A DNA stretch of 64,000 nt. Origin: Laetmonice hystrix (Eukaryota). The DNA is taken from contig OZ249436.1 of NCBI GenBank assembly GCA_965235115.1, positions 24,988,001-25,052,000 on the forward strand, given 5' to 3'. Below the pieces are notes generated by a model. That model searched no databases. It had not been told where the DNA came from and saw only the letters and a program-made list of their open reading frames with translations. Below, in pieces: positions 25,201 to 39,300 of the stretch. Made by a program: the position numbers and the translations under genes. Each line of letters opens with the position of its first letter. The stretch's first letter is position 1.

Positions 25201-28200
25201 TACCCACCGAGCGACATCCACTCAAATACAGGCTTCGACCGATCCTCACTGTGCCAATAATCCGCCACAAGGCAAATTCAGTCAATGCAAGCTGGAAAAT
25301 CGAATGTCAAACCTAATACTCCCCCCCCCCCAGCACGTTAACTGAAAATAATCAACTAGCTTGAAAACTAGAATATAGCTTTGTTTAGCTAACAATCTAC
25401 TCTCCCAGCGCCATCAACTCGCATACAGGCGTAAAAGCAAACGCACTGCCCCATATAATGCTCCCAGCCTAAAACGATGTTGCAATTAATTTAAAATTAA
25501 CAAGATGCACTAGTAATCCGATCCAAGCTTAATTACGTCATTGCTAGTTTCATAACCAAATCTCACAGAAAATACCCCACCCGGGCACATAACCTGAAAA
25601 TATTCAACTTTTATCTCCAATGTATCCCTGTGCACCTAGTAGCACACAAGCGGGCCCAATTTTGACATTCCAACACAAATACCGCAAATACCCGCCTAAT
25701 GGCACAAAAAACTTTCTACCCCGTTGCAAGTCACATTAGCTTGCTGCTTGTCGTAAAAAATGGTGCAGATCATTTCTAAAGTCACAGTACCCCACTCCCG
25801 GCCTAATATTACGTTTCAGTATCCATATACGCTGCAAGCGGCAGGAACTCGAATACAGGCCTAAAAGTAACCCCAGTCTAGCAATATCATACTCTCATGC
25901 CATATACGAGCTTGTAATTATCTTTAATTAATGGGCTCCGCAGCACCAACCCACTGCATTAACATTTGTTTAACAGCTTAACGCACCTTGTAAAAAATTT
26001 TCAAGTGCGTAAAAATGCGTGTCCACCTCCACATACTTTAAAAATCACTATACCCACCCAGCGACATTCACTCTAATACACGCCTAAGAGGAACTTCACT
26101 GTCCCATTTGATTCTCCAGCACGTATAGGATGTTTCAAGTAACATTCATCCACGGTCTGGCCCAATAACGTGCAACAAGGCATAGTAAGTCAATGCGAGC
26201 TCGCATGTCAAACCTAACCCGCCCCCAAGCACATGAGCTGAAAATATTCAAATAGCTTGAAAACTAGAATATAGCTTTGCTTAATACCATTATACCATCA
26301 ACTCGCATTACAGGCCTAATGCGAAGCTCCCAGCCTAAAACGAGTTTCCAATTAATTTAAAGTTAACAAGATGCACTAATAATCGATTCCAAGCCTAATT
26401 AGGCCATTGCTAGTTGGATAACCAAATCTCATACAAAATACACCCTCCCGGCAGATGACCTGAGAATATTCAACTCTTATGTCCGATATATCCCTGTCCG
26501 CTTAGTAGCACCCAGCCGGGCCCCCATTTTGACATTGCAACACCAATACAGCAAGTGCCCAGCTAACAGCACAAATAACAGGATTCAGGGCTTCCTACCA
26601 CGTTACAAGTCACAATAGATTGCTGCCTGTCGTAAAAATATACCAGACCATTTTAAAAAGTCACAGAACCCCAATCCGGCCCTAATATGTCACTCCCAGT
26701 ACCAATAGACGCTGGAAGCACCATCAACTGAAATTCAGGCCTAGAACCCACCTCTCTCTACCAATATCATGCACCTAGTCCGTATACGAGGTTGTAATTT
26801 ACTTTAATCAACGGGCTGCGCCGCAGCAACCCACTCTGGTCTTTGCAATCTTTTTCAATATGCGTTAACATTTGTGACCAGCTCAACGCGCCTTGTAAAA
26901 TTTTTCAAAGTGCGTAAAAGTGTCTGTCCACCCCGACACGCTTTCCAAACCACTATACCCACCGAGCGACATCCACTCAAATACAGGCTTCGACCGATCC
27001 TCACTGTGCCAATAATCCGCCACAAGGCAAATTCAGTCAATGCAAGCTGGAAAATCGAATGTCAAACCTAATGCTCCCCCCCCCCCAGCACGTTAACTGA
27101 AAAAAATCAACTAGCTTGAAAACTAGAATATAGCTTTGTTTAGCTAACAATCTACTCTCCCAGCGCCATCAACTCGCATACAGGCGTAAAAGCAAACGCA
27201 CTGCCCCATATAATGCTCCCAGCCTAAGACGATGTTGCAATTAATTTAAGATTAACAAGATGCACTAGTAATCCGATCCAAGCCTAATTACGTCATTGCT
27301 AGTTTCATAACCAAATCTCACAGAAAATACCCCACCCGCGCACATAACCTGAAAATATTTAACTTTTATCTCCAATGTATCCCTGTGCACCTAGTAGCAC
27401 ACAAGCGGGCCCAATTTTGACATCCCAACACAAATACCGCAAATACCCGCCTAATGGCACAAAAAACTTTCTACCCCGTTGCAAGTCACATTAGCGTGCT
27501 GCTTGTCGTAAAAAATGGTGCAGACCATTTCTAAAGTCACAGTACCCCACTCCCGGCCTAATATTACGTTTCAGTATCCATATACGCTGCAAGCGGCAGG
27601 AACTCGAATACAGGCCTAAAAGTAACCTCAGTCTAGCAATATCATACTCCCATGCCATATACGAGCTTGTAATTATCTTTAATTAATGGGCTCCGCAGCA
27701 CCAACCCACTGCATTAACATTTGTTTAACAGCTTAACGCACCTTGTAAAATTTTTTCAAGTGCGTAAAAATGCGTGTCCACCTCCACATACTTTAAAAAT
27801 CACTATACCCACCCAGCGACATCCACTCTAATACACGCCTAAAAGGAACTTCACTGTCCCATTTGATTCTCCAGCACGTATAGGATGTTTCAAGTAACAT
27901 TCATCCACGGTCTGGCCCAATAACGTGCAGCAAGGCATAGTAAGTCAATGCGAGCTCGCATGTCAAACCTAACCCGCCCCCAAGCACATGAGCTGAAAAT
28001 ATTCAAATAGCTTGAAAACTAGAATATAGCTTTGCTTAATACCATTATACCATCAACTCGCATTACAGGCCTAATGCGAAGCTCCCAGCCTAAAACGAGT
28101 TTCCAATTAATTTAAAGTTAACAAGATGCACTAATAATCGATTCCAAGCCTAATTAGGCCATTGCTAGTTGGATAACCAAATCTCATACAAAATACACCC

Positions 28201-31200
28201 TCCCGGCAGATGACCTGAGAATATTCAACTCTTATGTCCGATATATCCCTGTCCGCTTAGTAGCACCCAGCCGGGCCCCCATTTTGACATTGCAACACCA
28301 ATACAGCAAGTGCCCAGCTAACAGCACAAATAACAGGATTCAGGGCTTCCTACCACGTTACAAGTCACAATAGATTGCTGCCTGTCGTAAAAATATACCA
28401 GACCATTTTAAAAAGTCACAGAACCCCAATCCGGCCCTAATATGTCACTCCCAGTACCAATACACGCTGGAAGCACCATCAACTGAAATTCAGGCCTAGA
28501 ACCCACCTCTCTCTACCAATATCATGCACCTAGTCCGTATACGAGGTTGTAATTTACTTTAATCAACGGGCTGCGCCGCAGCAACCCACTCTGGTCTTTG
28601 CAATCTTTTTCAATATGCGTTAACATTTGTGACCAGCTCAACGCGCCTTGTAAAATTTTTCAAAGTGCGTAAAAGTGTGTGTCCACCCCGACACGCTTTC
28701 CAAACCACTATACCCACCGAGCGACATCCACTCAAATACAGGCTTCGACCGATCCTCACTGTGCCAATAATCCGCCACAAGGCAAATTCAGTCAATGCAA
28801 GCTGGAAAATCGAATGTCAAACCTAATGCTCCCCCCCCAGCACGTTAACTGAAAAAAATCAACTAGCTTGAAAACTAGAATATAGCTTTGTTTAGCTAAC
28901 AATCTACTCTCCCAGCGCCATCAACTCGCATACAGGCGTAAAAGCAAACGCACTGCCCCATATAATGCTCCCAGCCTAAGACGATGTTGCAATTAATTTA
29001 AGATTAACAAGATGCACTAGTAATCCGATCCAAGCCTAATTACGTCATTGCTAGTTTCATAACCAAATCTCACAGAAAATACCCCACCCGCGCACATAAC
29101 CTGAAAATATTCAACTTTTATCTCCAATGTATCCCTGTGCACCTAGTAGCACCCAAGCGGGCCCAATTTTGACATTCCAACACAAATACCGCAAATACCC
29201 GCCTAATGGCACAAAAAAACTTTCTACCCCGTTGCAAGTCACATTAGCTTGCTGCTTGTCGTAAAAAATGGTGCAGACCATTTCTAAAGTCACAGTACCC
29301 CACTCCCGGCCTAATATTACGTTTCAGTATCCATATACGCTGCAAGCGGCAAGAACTCGAATACAGGCCTAAAAGTAACCCCAGTCTAGCAATATCATAC
29401 TCTCATGCCATATACGAGCTTGTAATTATCTTTAATTAATGGGCTCCGCAGCACCAACCCACTGCATTAACATTTGTTTAACAGCTTGACGCACCTTGTA
29501 AAAAATTTTCAAGTGCGTAAAAATGCGTGTCCACCTCCACATACTTTAAAAATCACTATACCCACCCAGCGACATTCACTCTAATACACGCCTAAGAGGA
29601 ACTTCACTGTCCCATTTGATTCTCCAGCACGTATAGGATGTTTCAAGTAACATTCATCCACGGTCTGGCCCAATAACGTGCAACAAGGCATAGTAAGTCA
29701 ATGCGAGCTCGCATGTCAAACCTAACCCGCCCCCCAGCACATGAGCTGAAAATATTCAAATAGCTTGAAAACTAGAATATAGCTTTGCTTAATACCATTA
29801 TACCATCAACTCGCATTACAGGCCTAATGCGAAGCTCCCAGCCTAAAACGAGTTTCCAATTAATTTAAAGTTAACAAGATGCACTAATAATCGATTCCAA
29901 GCCTAATTAGGCCATTGCTAGTTGGATAACCAAATCTCATACAAAATACACCCTCCCGGCAGATGACCTGAGAATATTCAACTCTTATGTCCGATATATC
30001 CCTGTCCGCTTTGTAGCACCCAGCCGGGCCCCCATTTTGACATTGCAACACCAATACAGCAAGTGCCCAGCTAACAGCACAAATAACAGGATTCAGGGCT
30101 TCCTACCACGTTACAAGTCACAATAGATTGCTGCCTGTCGTAAAAATATACCAGACCATTTTAAAAAGTCACAGAACCCCAATCCGGCCCTAATATGTCA
30201 CTCCCAGTACCAATACACTCTGGAAGCACCATCAACTGAAATTCAGGCCTAGAACCCACCTCTCTCTACCAATATCATGCACCTAGTCCGTATACGAGGT
30301 TGTAATTTACTTTAATCAACGGGCTGCGCCGCAGCAACCCACTCTGGTCTTTGCAATCTTTTTCAATATGCGTTAACATTTGTAACCAGCTCAACGCGCC
30401 TTGTAAAATTTTTCAAAGTGCGTAAAAGTGTGTGTCCACCCCGACACGCTTTCCAAACCACTATACCCACCGAGCGACATCCACTCAAATACAGGCTTCG
30501 ACCGATCCTCACTGTGCCAATAATCCGCCACAAGGCAAATTCAGTCAATGCAAGCTGGAAAATCGAATGTCAAACCTAATACTCCCCCCCCCAGCACGTT
30601 AACTGAAAATAATCAACTAGCTTGAAAACTAGAATATAGCTTTGTTTAGCTAACAATCTACTCTCCCAGCGCCATCAACTCGCATACAGGCGTAAAAGCA
30701 AACGCACTGCCCCATATAATGCTCCCAGCCTAAAACGATGTTGCAATTAATTTAAAATTAACAAGATGCACTAGTAATCCGATCCAAGCTTAATTACGTC
30801 ATTGCTAGTTTCATAACCAAATCTCACAGAAAATACCCCACCCGGGCACATAACCTGAAAATATTCAACTTTTATCTCCAATGTATCCCTGTGCACCTAG
30901 TAGCACACAAGCGGGCCCAATTTTGACATTCCAACACAAATACCGCAAATACCCGCCTAATGGCACAAAAAACTTTCTACCCCGTTGCAAGTCACATTAG
31001 CTTGCTGCTTGTCGTAAAAAATGGTGCAGATCATTTCTAAAGTCACAGTACCCCACTCCCGGCCTAATATTACGTTTCAGTATCCATATACGCTGCAAGC
31101 GGCAGGAACTCGAATACAGGCCTAAAAGTAACCCCAGTCTAGCAATATCATACTCTCATGCCATATACGAGCTTGTAATTATCTTTAATTAATGGGCTCC

Positions 31201-33326
31201 GCAGCACCAACCCACTGCATTAACATTTGTTTAACAGCTTAACGCACCTTGTAAAAAATTTTCAAGTGCGTAAAAATGCGTGTCCACCTCCACATACTTT
31301 AAAAATCACTATACCCACCCAGCGACATTCACTCTAATACACGCCTAAGAGGAACTTCACTGTCCCATTTGATTCTCCAGCACGTATAGGATGTTTCAAG
31401 TAACATTCATCCACGGTCTGGCCCAATAACGTGCAACAAGGCATAGTAAGTCAATGCGAGCTCGCATGTCAAACCTAACCCGCCCCCCAGCACATGAGCT
31501 GAAAATATTCAAATAGCTTGAAAACTAGAATATAGCTTTGCTTAATACCATTATACCATCAACTCGCATTACAGGCCTAATGCGAAGCTCCCAGCCTAAA
31601 ACGAGTTTCCAATTAATTTAAAGTTAACAAGATGCACTAATAATCGATTCCAAGCCTAATTAGGCCATTGCTAGTTGGATAACCAAATCTCATACAAAAT
31701 ACACCCTCCCGGCAGATGACCTGAGAATATTCAACTCTTATGTCCGATATATCCCTGTCCGCTTTGTAGCACCCAGCCGGGCCCCCATTTTGACATTGCA
31801 ACACCAATACAGCAAGTGCCCAGCTAACAGCACAAATAACAGGATTCAGGGCTTCCTACCACGTTACAAGTCACAATAGATTGCTGCCTGTCGTAAAAAT
31901 ATACCAGACCATTTTAAAAAGTCACAGAACCCCAATCCGGCCCTAATATGTCACTCCCAGTACCAATACACTCTGGAAGCACCATCAACTGAAATTCAGG
32001 CCTAGAACCCACCTCTCTCTACCAATATCATGCACCTAGTCCGTATACGAGGTTGTAATTTACTTTAATCAACGGGCTGCGCCGCAGCAACCCACTCTGG
32101 TCTTTGCAATCTTTTTCAATATGCGTTAACATTTGTAACCAGCTCAACGCGCCTTGTAAAATTTTTCAAAGTGCGTAAAAGTGTGTGTCCACCCCGACAC
32201 GCTTTCCAAACCACTATACCCACCGAGCGACATCCACTCAAATACAGGCTTCGACCGATCCTCACTGTGCCAATAATCCGCCACAAGGCAAATTCAGTCA
32301 ATGCAAGCTGGAAAATCGAATGTCAAACCTAATACTCCCCCCCCCCCAGCACGTTAACTGAAAATAATCAACTAGCTTGAAAACTAGAATATAGCTTTGT
32401 TTAGCTAACAATCTACTCTCCCAGCGCCATCAACTCGCATACAGGCGTAAAAGCAAACGCACTGCCCCATATAATGCTCCCAGCCTAAAACGATGTTGCA
32501 ATTAATTTAAAATTAACAAGATGCACTAGTAATCCGATCCAAGCTTAATTACGTCATTGCTAGTTTCATAACCAAATCTCACAGAAAATACCCCACCCGG
32601 GCACATAACCTGAAAATATTCAACTTTTATCTCCAATGTATCCCTGTGCACCTAGTAGCACACAAGCGGGCCCAATTTTGACATTCCAACACAAATACCG
32701 CAAATACCCGCCTAATGGCACAAAAAACTTTCTACCCCGTTGCAAGTCACATTAGCTTGCTGCTTGTCGTAAAAAATGGTGCAGATCATTTCTAAAGTCA
32801 CAGTACCCCACTCCCGGCCTAATATTACGTTTCAGTATCCATATACGCTGCAAGCGGCAGGAACTCGAATACAGGCCTAAAAGTAACCCCAGTCTAGCAA
32901 TATCATACTCTCATGCCATATACGAGCTTGTAATTATCTTTAATTAATGGGCTCCGCAGCACCAACCCACTGCATTAACATTTGTTTAACAGCTTAACGC
33001 ACCTTGTAAAAAATTTTCAAGTGCGTAAAAATGCGTGTCCACCTCCACATACTTTAAAAATCACTATACCCACCCAGCGACATTCACTCTAATACACGCC
33101 TAAGAGGAACTTCACTGTCCCATTTGAATCTCCAGCACGTATAGGATGTTTCAAGTAACATTTATCCACGGTCTGGCCCAATAACGTGTAACAAGGCATA
33201 GTAAGTCAATGCGAGCTCGCATGTCAAACCTAACCCGCCCCCCCCAGCACATGAGCTGAAAATATTCAAATAGCTTGAAAACTAGAATATAGCTTTGCTT
33301 AATACCATTATACCATGAACTCGCAT
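19291..33326 (+). repeat. Higher-order repeat: 4 units (c-e-g-g, ~7,018 bp) x2
   Basis: Markers at 19837/26855, 22093/29111 and 23345/30363 are offset by 7018 bp. The GCAGATCATT allele occurs only in units 14, 15, 18 and 19. Confidence 0.88.
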
Positions 33327-36300
33327 TACAGGCCTAATGCGAAGCTCCCAGCCTAAAACGAGTTTCCAAATAATTTAAAGTTAACAAGATGCACTAATAA
33401 TCGATTCCAAGCCTAATTAGGCCATTGCTAGTTGGATAACCAAATCTCATACAAAATACACCCTCCCGGCAGATGACCTGAGAATATTTAACTCTTATGT
33501 CCGATATATCCCTGTCTGCTTAGTAGCACCCAGCCGGGCCCCCATTTTGACATTGCAACACCAATACAGCAAGTGCCCAGCTAACAGCACAAATAACAGG
33601 ATTCAGGGCTTCCTACCACGTTACAAGTCACAATAGATTGCTGCCTGTCGTAAAAATATACCAGACCATTTTAAAAAGTCACAGAACCCCAATCCGGCCC
33701 TAATATGTCACTCCCAGTACCAATACACGCTGGAAGCACCATCAACTGAAATTCAGGCCTAGAACCCACCTCTCTCTACCAATATCATGCACCTAGTCCG
33801 TATACGAGGTTGTAATTTACTTTAATCAACGGGCTGTGCCGCAGCAACCCACTCTGGTCTTTGCAATCTTTTTCAATATGCGTTAACATTTGTAACCAGC
33901 TCAACGCGCCTTGTAAAATTTTTCAAAGTGCGTAAAGTGTGTGTCCACCCCGACACGCTTTCCAAACCACTATACCCACCGAGCGACATCCACTCAAATA
34001 CAGGCTTCGACCGATCCTCACTGTGCCAATAATCCGCCACAAGGCAAATTCAGTCAATGCAAGCTGGAAAATCGAATGTCAAACCTAATACTCCCCCCCC
34101 CCCAGCACGTTAACTGAAAATAATCAACTAGCTTGAAAACTAGAATATAGCTTTGTTTAGCTAACAATCTACTCTCCCAGCGCCATCAACTCGCATACAG
34201 GCGTAAAAGCAAACGCACTGCCCCATATAATGCTCCCAGCCTAAAACGATGTTGCAATTAATTTAAAATTAACAAGATGCACTAGTAATCCGATCCAAGC
34301 TTAATTACGTCATTGCTAGTTTCATAATCAAATCTCACAGAAAATACCCTTCCCGGGCAGATAACCTGAAAATATTCAACTTTTATCTCCAATGTATCCC
34401 TGTGCACCTAGTAGCACACAAGCGGGCCCAATTTTGACATTCCAAGACAAAAACCGCAAATACCCGCCTAATGGCACAGAAAACTTTCTACCCCGTTGCA
34501 AGTCACATTAGCTTGCTGCTTGTCGTAAAAAATGGTGCAGACCATTTCTAAAGTCACAGTACCCCACTCCCGGCCTAATATTACGTTTCAGTATCCATAT
34601 ACGCTCAAGCGGCAGGAACTCGAATACAGGCCTAAAAGTAACCCCAGTCTAGCAATATCATACTCCCATGCCATATACGAGCTTGTAATTATCTTTAATT
34701 AATGGGCTCCGCAGCACCAACCCACTGCATTAACATTTGTTTAACAGCTTAACGCACCTTGTAAAATTTGTTCAAGTGCGTAAAAATGCGTGTCCACCTC
34801 CACATACTTTAAAAATCACTATACCCACCCAGCGACATCCACTCTAATACACGCCTAAAAGGAACTTCACTGTCCCATTTGATTCTCCAGCACGTATAGG
34901 ATGTTTCAAGTAACATTCATCCACGGTCTGGCCCAATAACGTGCAACAAGGCATAGTAAGTCAATGCGAGCTCGCATGTCAAACCTAACCCGCCCCCAAG
35001 CACATGAGCTGAAAATATTCAAATAGCTTGAAAACTAGAATATAGCTTTGCTTAATACCATTATACCATCAACTCGCATTACAGGCCTAATGCGAAGCTC
35101 CCAGCCTAAAACGAGTTTCCAATTAATTTAAAGTTAACAAGATGCACTAATAATCGATTCCAAGCCTAATTAGGCCATTGCTAGTTGGATAACCAAATCT
35201 CATACAAAATACACCCTCCCGGCAGATGACCTGAGAATATTCAACTCTTATGTCCGATATATCCCTGTCCGCTTAGTAGCACCCAGCCGGGCCCCCATTT
35301 TGACATTGCAACACCAATACAGCAAGTGCCCAGCTAACAGCACAAATAACAGGATTCAGGGCTTCCTACCACGTTACAAGTCACAATAGATTGCTGCCTG
35401 TCGTAAAAATATACCAGACCATTTTAAAAAGTCACAGAACCCCAATCCGGCCCTAATATGTCACTCCCAGTACCAATAGACGCTGGAAGCACCATCAACT
35501 GAAATTCAGGCCTAGAACCCACCTCTCTCTACCAATATCATGCACCTAGTCCGTATACGAGGTTGTAATTTACTTTAATCAACGGGCTGCGCCGCAGCAA
35601 CCCACTGTGGTCTTTGCAATCTTTTTCAATATGCGTTAACATTTGTGACCAGCTCAACGCGCCTTGTAAAATTTTTCAAAGTGCGTAAAAGTGTCTGTCC
35701 ACCCCGACACGCTTTCCAAACCACTATACCCACCGAGCGACATCCACTCAAATACAGGCTTCGACCGATCCTCACTGTGCCAATAATCCGCCACAAGGCA
35801 AATTCAGTCAATGCAAGCTGGAAAATCGAATGTCAAACCTAATGCTCCCCCCCCCCAGCACGTTAACTGAAAAAAATCAACTAGCTTGAAAACTAGAATA
35901 TAGCTTTGTTTAGCTAACAATCTACTCTCCCAGCGCCATCAACTCGCATACAGGCGTAAAAGCAAACGCACTGCCCCATATAATGCTCCCAGCCTAAGAC
36001 GATGTTGCAATTAATTTAAGATTAACAAGATGCACTAGTAATCCGATCCAAGCCTAATTACGTCATTGCTAGTTTCATAACCAAATCTCACAGAAAATAC
36101 CCCACCCGCGCACATAACCTGAAAATATTTAACTTTTATCTCCAATGTATCCCTGTGCACCTAGTAGCACACAAGCGGGCCCAATTTTGACATCCCAACA
36201 CAAATACCGCAAATACCCGCCTAATGGCACAAAAAACTTTCTACCCCGTTGCAAGTCACATTAGCGTGCTGCTTGTCGTAAAAAATGGTGCAGACCATTT

Positions 36301-39300
36301 CTAAAGTCACAGTACCCCACTCCCGGCCTAATATTACGTTTCAGTATCCATATACGCTGCAAGCGGCAGGAACTCGAATACAGGCCTAAAAGTAACCTCA
36401 GTCTAGCAATATCATACTCCCATGCCATATACGAGCTTGTAATTATCTTTAATTAATGGGCTCCGCAGCACCAACCCACTGCATTAACATTTGTTTAACA
36501 GCTTAACGCACCTTGTAAAATTTTTTCAAGTGCGTAAAAATGCGTGTCCACCTCCACATACTTTAAAAATCACTATACCCACCCAGCGACATCCACTCTA
36601 ATACACGCCTAAAAGGAACTTCACTGTCCCATTTGATTCTCCAGCACGTATAGGATGTTTCAAGTAACATTCATCCACGGTCTGGCCCAATAACGTGCAG
36701 CAAGGCATAGTAAGTCAATGCGAGCTCGCATGTCAAACCTAACCCGCCCCCAAGCACATGAGCTGAAAATATTCAAATAGCTTGAAAACTAGAATATAGC
36801 TTTGCTTAATACCATTATACCATCAACTCGCATTACAGGCCTAATGCGAAGCTCCCAGCCTAAAACGAGTTTCCAAATAATTTAAAGTTAACAAGATGCA
36901 CTAATAATCGATTCCAAGCCTAATTAGGCCATTGCTAGTTGGATAACCAAATCTCATACAAAATACACCCTCCCGGCAGATGACCTGAGAATATTTAACT
37001 CTTATGTCCGATATATCCCTGTCTGCTTAGTAGCACCCAGCCGGGCCCCCATTTTGACATTGCAACACCAATACAGCAAGTGCCCAGCTAACAGCACAAA
37101 TAACAGGATTCAGGGCTTCCTACCACGTTACAAGTCACAATAGATTGCTGCCTGTCGTAAAAATATACCAGACCATTTTAAAAAGTCACAGAACCCCAAT
37201 CCGGCCCTAATATGTCACTCCCAGTACCAATACACGCTGGAAGCACCATCAACTGAAATTCAGGCCTAGAACCCACCTCTCTCTACCAATATCATGCACC
37301 TAGTCCGTATACGAGGTTGTAATTTACTTTAATCAACGGGCTGTGCCGCAGCAACCCACTCTGGTCTTTGCAATCTTTTTCAATATGCGTTAACATTTGT
37401 AACCAGCTCAACGCGCCTTGTAAAATTTTTCAAAGTGCGTAAAGTGTGTGTCCACCCCGACACGCTTTCCAAACCACTATACCCACCGAGCGACATCCAC
37501 TCAAATACAGGCTTCGACCGATCCTCACTGTGCCAATAATCCGCCACAAGGCAAATTCAGTCAATGCAAGCTGGAAAATCGAATGTCAAACCTAATACTC
37601 CCCCCCCCCCAGCACGTTAACTGAAAATAATCAACTAGCTTGAAAACTAGAATATAGCTTTGTTTAGCTAACAATCTACTCTCCCAGCGCCATCAACTCG
37701 CATACAGGCGTAAAAGCAAACGCACTGCCCCATATAATGCTCCCAGCCTAAAACGATGTTGCAATTAATTTAAAATTAACAAGATGCACTAGTAATCCGA
37801 TCCAAGCTTAATTACGTCATTGCTAGTTTCATAATCAAATCTCACAGAAAATACCCTTCCCGGGCAGATAACCTGAAAATATTCAACTTTTATCTCCAAT
37901 GTATCCCTGTGCACCTAGTAGCACACAAGCGGGCCCAATTTTGACATTCCAAGACAAAAACCGCAAATACCCGCCTAATGGCACAGAAAACTTTCTACCC
38001 CGTTGCAAGTCACATTAGCTTGCTGCTTGTCGTAAAAAATGGTGCAGACCATTTCTAAAGTCACAGTACCCCACTCCCGGCCTAATATTACGTTTCAGTA
38101 TCCATATACGCTGCAAGCGGCAGGAACTCGAATACAGGCCTAAAAGTAACCCCAGTCTAGCAATATCATACTCCCATGCCATATACGAGCTTGTAATTAT
38201 CTTTAATTAATGGGCTCCGCAGCACCAACCCACTGCATTAACATTTGTTTAACAGCTTAACGCACCTTGTAAAATTTGTTCAAGTGCGTAAAAATGCGTG
38301 TCCACCTCCACATACTTTAAAAATCACTATACCCACCCAGCGACATCCACTCTAATACACGCCTAAAAGGAACTTCACTGTCCCATTTGATTCTCCAGCA
38401 CGTATAGGATGTTTCAAGTAACATTCATCCACGGTCTGGCCCAATAACGTGCAACAAGGCATAGTAAGTCAATGCGAGCTCGCATGTCAAACCTAACCCG
38501 CCCCCAAGCACATGAGCTGAAAATATTCAAATAGCTTGAAAACTAGAATATAGCTTTGCTTAATACCATTATACCATCAACTCGCATTACAGGCCTAATG
38601 CGAAGCTCCCAGCCTAAAACGAGTTTCCAATTAATTTAAAGTTAACAAGATGCACTAATAATCGATTCCAAGCCTAATTAGGCCATTGCTAGTTGGATAA
38701 CCAAATCTCATACAAAATACACCCTCCCGGCAGATGACCTGAGAATATTCAACTCTTATGTCCGATATATCCCTGTCCGCTTAGTAGCACCCAGCCGGGC
38801 CCCCATTTTGACATTGCAACACCAATACAGCAAGTGCCCAGCTAACAGCACAAATAACAGGATTCAGGGCTTCCTACCACGTTACAAGTCACAATAGATT
38901 GCTGCCTGTCGTAAAAATATACCAGACCATTTTAAAAAGTCACAGAACCCCAATCCGGCCCTAATATGTCACTCCCAGTACCAATAGACGCTGGAAGCAC
39001 CATCAACTGAAATTCAGGCCTAGAACCCACCTCTCTCTACCAATATCATGCACCTAGTCCGTATACGAGGTTGTAATTTACTTTAATCAACGGGCTGCGC
39101 CGCAGCAACCCACTGTGGTCTTTGCAATCTTTTTCAATATGCGTTAACATTTGTGACCAGCTCAACGCGCCTTGTAAAATTTTTCAAAGTGCGTAAAAGT
39201 GTCTGTCCACCCCGACACGCTTTCCAAACCACTATACCCACCGAGCGACATCCACTCAAATACAGGCTTCGACCGATCCTCACTGTGCCAATAATCCGCC

